In this document: piece after piece, positions 11,302 to 23,133 of the stretch
How positions within the stretch are numbered: the first letter of the stretch is position 1
Layout: each line of letters begins with the position of its first letter
Assembly (NCBI GenBank): GCA_043228905.1
Contig: JBHGNT010000010.1
Location: 10,602,001-10,666,000, forward strand
Origin: Azolla caroliniana
Taxonomy: Eukaryota; Plantae; Polypodiophyta
Length of the DNA stretch: 64,000 nucleotides
Direction: 5' to 3'
Program-made: the position numbers and the translations under genes
Notes under the pieces: model-generated
Told to the model about the DNA's origin: nothing
What the model saw: the letters and a program-made list of their open reading frames with translations, nothing else
Databases searched by the model: none

Positions 11302-13102
11302 AATCTTGTGGATTAAGGACGACACATGATGTGTCTGGTGCTGATGACGCTGCAACAGATGAGGATACTGCTGCCAACGTGGCTGAAAGTAAGAGTCCTG
11401 CTATCACATCTCCTTCAGATGAGCTCCACCCTATTCTTTTGGAACAGTGTACTGAATTAGGCAACGATGTGAAATGCCATGAAATAATGGAAACAACATG
11501 TAAAACTGAGGTTCACAACAACAGTGTTTATGAACACTTGATGCAACATTTCTTCGAATCTCAAAACCTTGATTCCACCCCACCGAGCCCAACTACTGAA
11601 AATGTCCAAATAGATCCCTATGTACTTGAAAAGCTAGTTCAAGAAATGGATGATGTGCAATTAGCTGCTGAGGCGATGGGAAGGTTGTCGGAGGAGGACA
11701 CACTTGCGCATTGGGTGAAAGAAGCAAGGCTAAATGGGGAACCGGCCAGAAAAAGGCTGAAGAAGGGGCCACGATCGGGAACAAGACCAGTTACTCGGTC
11801 AAGGGGCCCAAACGTAGTGGAGCGAAATACTGTTTACTTGGATATGATTGTTAGCTTAGGGATTTTGCTAGGGTTTTATGAAGTTTTACTATCCTGTTGG
11901 ACAAGTAAAACCTCAGATTGGTTGCTGCTTGATCCACATTATGTAATGGAACTCTATGATGTTTTTCCAAGATAATTTGAAGAGCGTTGTTCTATGACTG
12001 AAACTCTTTGATGTTCAGGATGTTGTTTTGTGAGACTGTTAGTTACTTTGTGAGTGTGAATATGTTGGTGTTTTCTGATGTTGCAGAGTCTAAAGGGTTT
12101 GATTCTATTGCTCGTAAGGCCAATGGCAGTGTGGATACTGTTGATGTTGCGGCGTGTTTAAAGGGCCCCATCTTGAAAGTAGATGTAGCAACTGACACAA
12201 GTGATCTTGTCACACAAGTTGATCAAGCATGTTGCACGGATGACTTGGTGTTGCAGGTAGATGCAGCATGTTGTACGGATGACTTTGTGTTGCAGGTAGA
12301 TGCAACATGTCATACTAGTGGACTGATATCGAGTAGATCAGTAGCTACATGCACCGGGGTAATCCAAGGATTGATAACTAAGTCGACAAAACAAGAGCAC
12401 CAGAATGTGAAGCCAGGCCCAACACAGTCGACTAGGGGTTTGAAGAGGAAAAGGACGCCAGTTGTGTCGGCCGAACCTGAGCTGATTGAGATTGATCGTG
12501 TCCTACCAGAAAATGGTGTAACAGCGGCTCAGTTTCAAGAATGGAAACCTAAACCACTAGAAGTCAAAAGAAGAGCCTTGATCTTGGAGCTTGATAAAGT
12601 CTTGATGAGTGTGAGATATATGCAGCCAAGGAGGGACGCGAATTAGTTTCTAGAGTGGGCTGTGCAATACTTTGATTTGTTTATTTGGAGTGAAAAACCA
12701 AAATCAGATGTGTGGAAGTGTTTAGCAAGATTCTTCCCAAAATGGCGAAGTCGTTTTAAAGGTCAATGGGCACGAGAAAATTGTGAGCAAATGGAAGCTG
12801 CAAGATTCAAGAGACTTTCTGATTTTTGGGCTACTTGGCCTGAATATAATGCCGACAACACATTGATTTTGGATACAGAACATTTCCGGCACTACTTCAA
12901 TATTCGGAGATGCTGTCTCATTCTACCCGAGGAAATGCCTGAACAGTACCTGGTGCAAACAGTGAACTGCCAACTAGGTGCATGGTTATGGACTCCATAC
13001 CGAGCTCAATATGCGGATAATATATGTAGACTCGTTCCACTGACTAGCAAGAGCTTAGCTGTTTATAGGAGATTTGTAGACATTTCCAATGGTAATTTAT
13101 AA
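11302..13102 (+). pseudogene. Transposon cargo, 3' part: acidic/disordered region then an FCP1/SCP (NIF, HAD-fold) phosphatase-like domain
   Basis: ORFs 12008-12646 and 12662-13102 share a frame across one TAG: ALILELDKVL...PRRDAN*FLEWAVQYFDLFIWS...WARENC...KRLSDFW...YNADNTLILD. Acceptor-like sites at 11301 and 12087. Confidence 0.65.
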
Positions 13103-15292
13103 ATATGTAAAGAGATGACATTATTCAATGAAGAATTTAATTACTTGTTCCCATTGTACTTATCTATTGTGTAATTTGAGGAATATGTTGCAGATTGTTG
13201 ATTTCATGCTATTGATGACTATTTAGCTATTGATAGCTAATTAGCTGCATTTGTACAACTAATTAGCTATTGATGACTATTTCGCTATAACTTATAACTT
13301 AAAACTTAACAAAAAAGACATGATTTTATTGAGAAAGAAGCACAGAAAGCAGATTGTATACAAGATGAGGATTCTCAAACGAAGTTATTTAACTGTTTTC
13401 GCGAAATACATGTTTGTTTTACAAGAGAACATGGTAATTGCTACTTGTAGCTACAAATTCCATGGCATACTATTGTAAATACATTCATACACTTTAGCAC
13501 CAACAGTGTATAAACTTGAGCAGCTATTGTATTCTCACATTGGGACGTTGATGCACCTGACCAAATGAGAGTACATGTACGCCGCTGGTTTGTCTTCTAA
13601 CAGCCTGTACACATATTCGTAGTCATCTAGTTTTGCATAAAAAATGCCTTCGATGTAGAATGTCCCGACAGATACAAAATTTCCCCATGCATCTACAATA
13701 TTCTGCCTTGCACACTGTTTACTAACCATGCACTTCAATATATAGAAATCAGCACCCTCTGAATTGCCTTCTTCAGCATTTACAGCGAAGTTATCCCCAA
13801 CGTTCAGGACATCATTCAAAGTATCTCCAAGTCCCTCATATGTGAAGTCAGCATTCTGCCCTGTTTCTCCATCAACCGCTTTCTTATCATTCAGAGTGTG
13901 ATACTCCCAATTCTGAATGTATGCTTTGTTTAGACAATATCTCCAATTTCCCTGCACACAATGGAAGCAAAAACAAGTCAATTCTCTAACCGCAATACAA
14001 TGACCATCCAACCTGGAATAACCGCGAACAACATGCAGAGATCGCAAGTCGGGAATTCCTTGGCACTCCTAGGTCTTCTCCCTATTTACTTCATCTATCT
14101 TCACTTCCCAAAATTCACGTTTGATATCTCGGACTTGCGAGGAATAAACACTTGTTGCACTCGTTGACATATTTGTTCTTAAAAATTCAACTACATGTGA
14201 TGCACAATTCATGTGCACACCATCTATCTTTAGTTGTTCATGGGTAAGTGCCCGCTTTATAATAGCCCCTGCACCATCATGTTCACCTTTACCATGGCCA
14301 GACCCAAAAAAATTCCATCTCATCTCCAAACCTGTTATAGCAGGATACCTCCCCACAGAATAAAATGGACGTCGAGCCTTGAATTGTGACGCAGCTCCGT
14401 CAGACCAGACCCAATGTTGAGTAAGCTCCAAACGTTGAGCTAATAACCACTGCCAATGCAACTTAAAATAGTGGTGGACGAACAAGGTATCATGCTTCTT
14501 ATCATTAGAAATAAAGAAATGAATTACTTTTTTAACATCACCTGAAACTCGAAAATATGTTATGTGCACAAAAATGGTTACCTGAACTGAACACCAATGC
14601 ATAGATTGAATTTCATTCTGCTGCTTGAAAGTATAATTCTCTGCAAAATCTACTACTGAGACTACTACATCATTTGGGAAATCAAATATGCAAGTCTTAA
14701 ACTGATGGGCCTGCCATGAATAAATGAAGTTGTGTTTAATGAACTTTCCAAGAGATACTACAAACAGAGACACCAAATCCCTTGGTTTAAGCATCTTCCG
14801 AACTAGATCCTTTCTTTTACACACCTTTCCTTCGAAATTGGTGTTCACTGACTCAAATAACTTCACAGAGATCAATATTTCACTACTCAATTCATTTGGA
14901 CACCACCTAAATCTAGTAGGGCCACAATCTTGACATAAACCCATGACACATTTATGAATATGGAAGATAGCGTCAGTTTCTCTCAGACACAATATTGAAT
15001 CTAATAAATAACTCATGGAAGAGATAACGTGCTCAGATGATTTACACTCCTCTTGCGGGCTTGATCGACAAATTGGGCACCCACATGTGCAAAGTGTATT
15101 AGTTAGGGATGCGTTATGGTGACGTAGTAGATTAACAGAGTCCTTCAGAAAGCCCATCTGTACATGGTAAATGCAACAACATGTGTATCGATCCTTTAAG
15201 CGTCTCACAAAGTGTGGCTTAAGAGACTCGAATGTTCGTAGTTGAACTTTGATATTTGGATGCATTCGTTTGAACCTAATAAATAAATCGAC

Positions 15293-16196
15293 CTGCGTAA
15301 TAAAGGGGAATTAGTTATTCTCGTAACTAGCTAACTATCCTAGTAGCTAATTAGCTATTCTAGTAGCTAATTAGCTGTTCTAGTAGCTTATTAACTATTC
15401 TAGTAGCTAATTAGCTATCATGGTAGCTAATTAGCTGGTCTAGTAGCTAATTAGCTATCATGGTGGCTAATTAGTTGTCCTAGTAGTTAATTAGCTATCA
15501 TGGTAGCTAATTAGATTTCCTAGTAACTAATTAGCTGGTAATAACGAAATTAGCTATCCTAGTAGCTAATTAGTTGTCCTGGTAGCTAGTTAACTATTTT
15601 GGTAGCTAATTATCTGGTAGTAACTAAATTAGCTATTGAGAATAGCTAATTAGCTATCATGGTAGCTAATTAGATGTCCTAGTAGCTAATTAGCTATCAT
15701 GGTAGCTAATTAGCTGGTCTAGTAGCTAATTAGCTATCATGGTGGCTAATTAGCTGGTCTAGTAGCTAATTAGCTATCATGGTGGCTAATTAGCTGTCCT
15801 AGTAGCTAATTATCTATCATGGTAGCTAATTAGCTGGTCTAGTAGCTAATTAGCTATCATGGTGGCTAATTAGCTGTCCTAGTAGCTAATTAGCTATCAT
15901 GGTAGCTAATTAGCTTTCCTAGTAGCTAATTAGCTGCTAATAACGAAATTAGCTATCCTAGTAGCTAATTAGTTGTCCTGGTAGCTAATTATTTGGTAGT
16001 AACTAAATTAGCTATTGAGAATAGCTAATTAGCTATCATGGTTGTAGCTATTGAGAGTAGCCAGTTACCTATGTAGTAGCTATCCTAGTAGCTAACTGAG
16101 GTAAATGTAACTGATAAGCTAATTAGCTTTTATGCTAACTGAGCTACTTAACTTTCCGTGTAGAGTCAAAACAAATGTTGAGATAAATGTAAATAC
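15293..16196 (-). repeat. Transposase intron consisting largely of a second TAGCTAATTAGCTA array
   Basis: CAG|GTATTT donor and TTACGCAG|GTC acceptor give a phase-0 in-frame join (LLDVLQ|VDLFIRF). Palindrome units about 20 bp apart fill about 15325-16130. Confidence 0.88.
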
Positions 16197-16636
16197 CTGA
16201 AGTACATCAAGAAGATGAATGGGTTGCTCCTCGTATTGATTTCTTCCAACACGTTTCCTGCATAAATTCTTTTTATTGGGTGAAACCCTACTCTCATTAG
16301 TCCAAAACATTGTGATTACATCCTTGATTTCAAATGTTATGGGTGTCATTGGCTTACATCTTGTAGTTAGCTTTAGTAGACTAGTTCCTTCACCCGAGGA
16401 AATTATACGGTTCATTGTATTGTACACTGTTTTTCTACTAACACCAATTACCTTAGATAGCTCACTGATGTTTATATCGTCAACATCACTATTAAGTAAC
16501 ATCATTAGACTAGACCTTTTTAAGACAACATCATCTTCTGACTTGCTCATGGATACGAAACTATTACGAAGATTATTTACTAAAACAGATGATATGTTTG
16601 CATTAAGATCATCACAATCAACTAAGTCCTTTATCG

Positions 16637-19600
16637 TGATGGAAATAATCGACACTTTCCAAACTTCACCTCTCGGCCACAACCAAGGAAACACACGAAT
16701 CGTTGTTGCAGAAAATGGGAAATGCAAAAGTAAATAAGTGGACACACGATTTAACATGGAAAACCCTGTACGGGAAAAAAAAACCACGGGAGTACAAGAC
16801 TCCGAACCAAAACTATGCACAGAGAAATATACAATGGCGAGCTGCAAGGCGACGACCTTGAGCTCGCTGTCCTCGCCACAGGCGGCGGAATTACACAGAG
16901 GCGTCGACCTCTTCGTCTCTCACGCTCTATCTCTCTCACGACTGCTCTCTCTTCACTCCTCTTGAGTGGAAAAACAGAAAAATGAGTAGCAACATCAAAA
17001 CTGTTTGCCCTAAGTCATATTTATACACATATGACTTTAGGGCTATTTACAACTATAGCCTCAAGGGCCCTTGGCAAACATATTCACAGATATGTCCCCG
17101 CATCCGGATCTCTCTCCGGGTACATTCGTCGTCCGGCTCCGAAGCCGGGGTCTTCATCATCCGGTTCCGAAACCGCAACCGGGCTTGTCGTCATTCATCT
17201 CCGGACATCCGACCATCCCATCCGGAGGGACCGTAATCCCAACAAACTCCCCCTTCACTTCGGCATGGGATGTCTCTCCAATCCGATCCTCTTCCGGCAT
17301 GCTTCCAGCTTGTCGGGTGTGAGCACCTTGGTCAGCATATCCGACCCGTTCTCGTCCGTGTGGATCTTCGTCAGCATGAACTCCTTGTCTTCTATCCTTT
17401 CCCGGATCCAATGATATCTACGCTGGATGTGCTTCGTCCGGGAGTGATAGGCCACATTCTTCGCAAGGTGGATGGCACTCTGACTGTCGCAGTAGAGTCG
17501 GTACTCCTCCTGCCGGATACCGAGCTCTCTAATGAAGTCCTTCATCCATATTATTTCCTTGCCGGCTTCAACAGCCGCCATGTACTCCGCCTCCGTGGTT
17601 GACAACGCAACCGTCTTCTGCAGCCTCGACTGCCACGAAACAGCTCCCCCTGCATACGTCATCACATACCCTGATGTGGACCGGCTGGTATCTGCATCAG
17701 CCGACATATCCGAATCGGTAAAGCCGTCGAGTTCGGGCTTACCGGAGCCGAATCGGAGGCACACGTTTGTCGTGCCCTTCAAGTACCGGAGTATCCACTT
17801 GACCGCATTCCAGTGCTCTTTGCCGGGATTGCTCATGTACCGACTCACCACTCCGACTGCATATCCTATGTCCGGTCGGGTACACACCATTGCGTACATC
17901 AAGCTCCCGACGGCAGAGGCATATGGTACTTTCATCATGTCCTCCTTCTCAGCCTTTGTCTTGGGGCTCTGCTTGCTGGACAGCTTGCAGTTTGCCGGGA
18001 GTGTTGACCCGACCGGTCTTGCTTCCGACATGTTGAACCGGTGAAGCACCTTTGTCACGTACTTCTCCTGTGACAGCCACAACTGCTTCTTCTTCCGGTC
18101 CCGGATGATGTGCATCCCTAGTATTTGCCTCGCCGGACCCAGGTCCTTCATTGAGAAGGTTCGGTGAAGAGCCTTCTTCAGCATCCGTATCTTGACCTGG
18201 TCTCGTCCGACGATCAACATGTCGTCCACGTACAGGAGGAGTATTAGAAAGTCTCCTCCTTCGAACTTCTTCACAAACACGCAGTGATCGGACTGCGTTT
18301 TGTGGTACCCTTCGTCTGTCATGAAGGAGTCGAACTTCCGGTACCATTGCCGGGGAGCCTGCTTCAGACCGTAAAGGCTCTTCTTCAACCGGCATACCAG
18401 GTGCTCCTTCCCTTTCTTCTCGAATCCTTCCGGTTGCTGCATGTAGATCTCTTCTTCGAGGTCACCGTGAAGGAATGCCGTCTTCACGTCCATCTGTTCT
18501 ATCTCGAGGTCCATGCTTGCCGCTATGCTCAGCACCGTCCGGATGGAGGTCATCTTCACTACCGGGGCAAATATCTCGTCGAAGTCGACGCCCTTCTTCT
18601 GCTGGAACCCCTTCACTACGATCCTGGCTTTGTATCTCGGGGGGTTTCCGACATCTCCCGGTTTCAGCTTGAACACCCACTTGTTTCGAAGTGCCCGCTT
18701 TCCTTTCGGCAACTCCACAAGTTCATATGTGTGGTTCTCATGCAGGGAATCCATCTCCTCCTGCATGGCACTTAACCACCTGCGGCTATGGGTGTCAAGT
18801 TTTGCTTCTTCAAAGCTCTCCGGCTCCCCCTCGTCGGTTAGCAACACGTGCTCTGGTTCCGGAAATCTTCGGGGGGGCCTTCTCTCTCTTAGAGGATATC
18901 TCCGTTCCGGAGCTTCGGTAACCGGCTCCTCCGTTTCCTCTTCATCCGAATCCATTTCGGGATCGGGGCCGGTTCCGGTATCAGTTTCATCTTCCTCGGC
19001 CGGTTCTGTTTCTTCACCGTCTTCGGCCGGATCCTCGAGTGCTAATCGGTCCCTTGCCGGTCGGGACTGCTCTTCGTAGAGTTGATCCTCACCGGTCGAC
19101 TTGGAGCTCTTCATCTTCTTCTCCGACTCCCAGTCGGCGAGTGTCTTGTCCTCCATGAAGATGATATCTCGACTCCTGAATATCTTCTTGTCGACCGGGT
19201 CCCATACTCGGTAGCCGAACTCGTCGTCGCCGTAACCGAGGAATATGCATGGCCGGGTCTTTGGATCTAACTTTCCTCTCCGGTCCTTTGCCACATGCAC
19301 ATATGCGAGACACCCGAACACCTTCAGATGCCGGTAGGACACTTCCTTACCGGTCCACACTTTCTGCGGCGTGTCTCCGTCCAAAGGTACCGAGGGTGAT
19401 CTATTTATCACATACGTCGCCGTCGACATTGCCTCAGCCCAAAATCCCTTGAGTAATTTCGCATGTGCTAGCATACTCCGGACCCTCTCCATTATGGTCC
19501 GGTTCATCCTCTCGGCCAGCCCGTTCAGTTCCGGCGTCTTCGGCACAGTAAACTCGAGCCGGATTCCCTTCGAGCGACAGTACTCTGCGAACTGCCCCCG

Positions 19601-21965
19601 GTATTCCCCTCCGTTATCCGCTCGTATCGCTTTCAGCTTCTTGCCGGATTCTCTTTCCACTCTCGCGTGGAGTTCTTTGAAGACGGACAATACTTGGTCC
19701 TTTGTCTTCAACGGTGCCGTCCACAGCTTCCGGCTCTGGTCATCTATGAATGTTACGAAGTACTGAGCTCCGCCATGTGACTTCGCTTCTACTTGACACA
19801 CATCAGTGTGTACCAACTCCAATGGTGCGCTACGTCTCGTCGGTGGCCTTGAGTGGAAGGAGGTTCGGTTCTGCTTACCGGCCAGGCAATCGGTGCACTT
19901 CTCCAGGTGCACATGCTTCACTGGAATAAGGTTGTCTTCTGCAAGCCTCTTCATCCCCTTCTCACTCATGTGGCACAGTCTCTTGTGCCACAGCTCACCG
20001 GCAGTGTCGGCTGCCACGTTCAACTCTTCCGGACACAACCAGGCATTCATAAGGTACAGTGTGTTGACTTTCCGGGCCCGAGCCACTATCAGGCTCCCCT
20101 TGCTGAACTTCATTACGCCGTTCCGGATGCTACCTGTGTAGCCTTCATCGTCTAGCCTCCCGGCCGAAATCAGGTTCAATCGAACCTCCGGAACGTGTCG
20201 GACATCCTTCAGCACCATTTTGCATCCGGTCGAGGTTGTCAACCACACGTCTCCTATGCCGGCAATCCGGCACGTACCTTCATTTCCCATCCGAACACAG
20301 CCATGCTCACCGACTGTGTAGGATGAGAAGTATCTTCTCTCCGGGGTCAGGTGGAACGATGCTCCGGAATCGACCACCCAGGTCGTCTCATCGCCGGCAA
20401 TGTTTAGTTCACCTTCTTCGGTGATGAGCATGATTTCTTCCTCACTTGCCGCGAGTGCCGTCGTTCCTTCCGGTCCTGCCCTCGCCGATCCGGACCTCTC
20501 CGGTCCGTGGCTCCCCGGTATGCACCGTTTCTCTCCGGTGACTTCTTCGAATCGGTGTCGTCGGCTCCGTTGTCCTTTCGGTAATGCCGACAATTCTTCC
20601 GGAAGTGCCCCGGCTTCCCACAGTGGAAGCATGTGGGTCTTCCTCTTGACTGCGACCGGGTCCCCGACTTCTCCCGTCTTTGCGGACTCCGGTTCCATTG
20701 TCTTCCCCGTTCCGATTCGGTAAGCAGCGCCTTCGAGTCGGAGGCCGGTTCTTTATCTCTCCGACGCGCTTCTTCGTTCAAAATACTTGTCTTTACCGTT
20801 TGTAGGGACAAGTTATCTTCCGTGCAGGAGGTGCTGAGAGTCACCACCAAGTTCTCCCAGCTTTCCGGCAATGTACACATTAGAATGATGGCTTGCATTG
20901 CATCCTCTAGCGGGAACTTGATCGCCGCAAGCTGGTTCACGAATCCCATGAACGTGCTTACGTGTTCCACCATACTCTCGCCGTCCCGGTACTTGAGGTT
21001 CACTATCTTCCTCATCAGGGAGGTCCGGTTCAACGCATTCTTCCTCTCGTAGAGGCTCGACAGCTTCTGCCACATCTCATATGCGTTGATGTCGTTCGCC
21101 ACATGTTGTAGAACGCTCACGTCGATGTATTGCCGAATGGTTGCAACGGCTTTCCGGTTCAGAAGCCTCCATTCCGACTCAAGTACCCCCTTCGGTATTT
21201 CCGACCTGTCAATCGGTTCGTACAGGTCCCGAACAATCAGAAGATCCTCCATCTTGATCTTCCAATCGGCGTAATTCTGCACATTCAGCACCATCATCCC
21301 CGGCTGCCCGCTGCTGCCGCCTTCCATTTTCTGCAGCAGCTCGCTCTGATACCAAATTGATGGAAATAATCGACACTTTCCAAACTTCACCTCTCGGCCA
21401 CAACCAAGGAAACACACGAATCGTTGTTGCAGAAAATGGGAAATGCAAAAGTAAATAAGTGCACACACGATTTAACGTGGAAAACCCTGTACGGGAAAAA
21501 AAAACCACGGGAGTACAAGACTCCGAACCAAAACTATGCACAGAGAAATATACAATGGCGAGCTGCAAGGCGACGACCTTGAGCTCGCTGTCCTCGCCAT
21601 AGGCGGCGGAATTACACAGAGGCGTCGACCTCTTCGTCTCTCACGCTCTATCTCTCTCACGGCTGCTCTCTCTTCACTCCTCTTGAGTGGAAAAACAGAA
21701 AAATGAGTAGCAACATCAAAACTGTTTGCCCTAAGTCATATTTATACACATATGACTTTAGGGCTATTTACAATTATAGCCTCAAGGGCCCTTGGCAAAC
21801 ATATTCACAGATATGTCCCCGCATCCGGATCTCTCTCCGGGTACATTCGTCGTCCGGCTCCGAAGCCGGGGTCTTCATCATCCGGTTCCGAAACCGCAAC
21901 CGGGCTTGTCGTCATTCATCTCCGGACATCCGACCATCCCATCCGGAGGGACCGTAATCCCAACA
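16637..21965 (-). mobile_element. Full-length Ty1/Copia A (Tnt1/Tork-like), young
   Basis: 608-bp LTRs at 16637-17244 and 21358-21965 (I count about 5 substitutions); TSD TATCG; tRNA-iMet PBS TGGTATCAGAGC at 21343-21354; PPT at 17245-17259. Confidence 0.97.
17255..21327 (-). pseudogene. Copia A gag-pol (gag, zinc knuckle, PR, IN, RT, RNase H) with one frameshift
   Basis: CFHCGKPGHFRKNC, WVVDSGAS, LWHKRLCH, IRADNGGEY, LYVDDM, FTDSD. One T is missing at about 20468 relative to the intact copy (40237-40239). Confidence 0.95.
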
Positions 21966-22573
21966 TATCGATGGATCATTACATATTCCATAAAGTACTA
22001 CCTTCTTTTCTTCATTGTTGATGTGCTTGGTTTGAACATTGAAATAGTCTACAACCTTTCTCTCTATGATGGTAGTCGCATTACTTACATTCTCAGCTAA
22101 ACTATCCTTACCTTTACTGAGTGTGGCTTTCGTATCCTTCAACAATTGACGATGTTTCCTTTCTTTTTCTGCCCAATAGTTTCGTATGGCTTGTTGTGTC
22201 CTGATAGCATCATCCCTATCCTTATGATCATTGAGGGGTAATTCTAAACACCCTTCTTCCCCTTCCATTTGGCTGGACATATTAAAACCCTAAATTTCCA
22301 AAAAAAAAAACAAGTATTTAAGATGGCTATGGGCAACAACAGCACACAAAAATATTCCACAATACACAAGATTAGACACAACAATACACAAGATAATCAA
22401 TAGACAGAAAAGTTATTGCAATCCAAGACCGAACAATAGAGGAGTTCACTCCGTTGGATCGAACAGTTGAGGAGGCGATCCAAGACCTACCAATGGCGAC
22501 AACTGAGTGTAGAATGTTACCATTGGATGAGTGAACTCCGTCAAATCGAAATGTGGAAGCAATCCAGGACTAG

Positions 22574-22770
22574 ACAATAGCGGCCCCTGAGTGTACAGTG
22601 GCACAGAGAAGAGAACCCCGTCAGATTGAACAACTCTTTGATGATGCTTGGAACACACAGTAGCGGCCCCTGAGTGTAGAGTGGCACAGAGAAGAGAACC
22701 CCGTCAGATTGAACAACTCTTTGATGATGCTTGGAACGCACAATAGCGGCCCCTGAGTTTAGAGTGGCGG
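22574..22770. repeat. 83-bp tandem repeat (about 2.3 copies) upstream of the transposase
   Basis: TAGCGGCCCCTGAGT starts at 22578, 22661 and 22744. Confidence 0.9.
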
Positions 22771-23108
22771 TAGGTGGACTCGATAGGGTTTAGCAACAGT
22801 GGTAGCAACTAACCCACAATACTCAACTAGAGATGGCCTACGTGATGTGGCAAGGATCATGCATAATGGACCTACGAATTCGATATATAATTTATGGTAC
22901 ACATTTATGGTGCACATATCAATTTATGTTGCACGTTTATGTTGCACATTTATGGCACTCATTTACATATGTAATTAAAACATTCTAGTATTTTCAATGG
23001 TAGTTTTTTGCATAGTTAATTTATTAATGATGGCTTTTTACTAAAATGACTATTTATCAATGGTAGCTTTTTGCATAGCTAATTAGCTATGTCAAGGTCA
23101 TAGCTAAT

Positions 23109-23133
23109 TGTTTCCACTCTCATGCTTTCACCC
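23109..23133 (-). repeat. Right TIR (reverse complement GGGTGAAAGCATGAGAGTGGAAACA)
   Basis: Pairs with 7553-7577 and is followed by the ATCT TSD. Confidence 0.92.

Larger units (their letters stand above)
13535..22280 (-). pseudogene. Sola2-like DDD transposase (about 835 aa when reconstructed), interrupted by a Copia and a premature stop
   Basis: Exon 1 = 22280-21971 plus 16636-16197, in frame after removing the Copia (...NDPSI|KDLVD...). A GT-AG intron spans 16196-15293. Exon 2 = 15292-13535 with TCCCIYH, DFAENY, NEIQSMHW, WSDGAASQFK and FFGSGHGKGEHDGAG; in-frame TAG at 14069-14071. Confidence 0.85.
7553..23133 (-). mobile_element. Complete Sola2-like cut-and-paste DNA transposon (about 10.2 kb without the nested Copia) with a cargo gene
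   Basis: 25-bp TIRs (23/25 identical) beginning GGG; 4-bp TSD ATCT at 7549-7552 and 23134-23137; internal DDD transposase. GRG...CYC termini and a 4-bp TSD match my recollection of Sola2. Confidence 0.8.

Noticed and set aside
16738-17414. ORFs inside Copia LTRs (repeated at 21472-22100, 36437-37183 and 41064-41828) as env-like or extra genes
   Set aside because: They recur only because the LTRs are repeated, have no recognisable motifs and cross element boundaries.
17270-21360. Antisense and off-frame ORFs over gag-pol (also 37129-41044 and 58371-63999)
   Set aside because: Shadow ORFs expected in GC-rich coding DNA.
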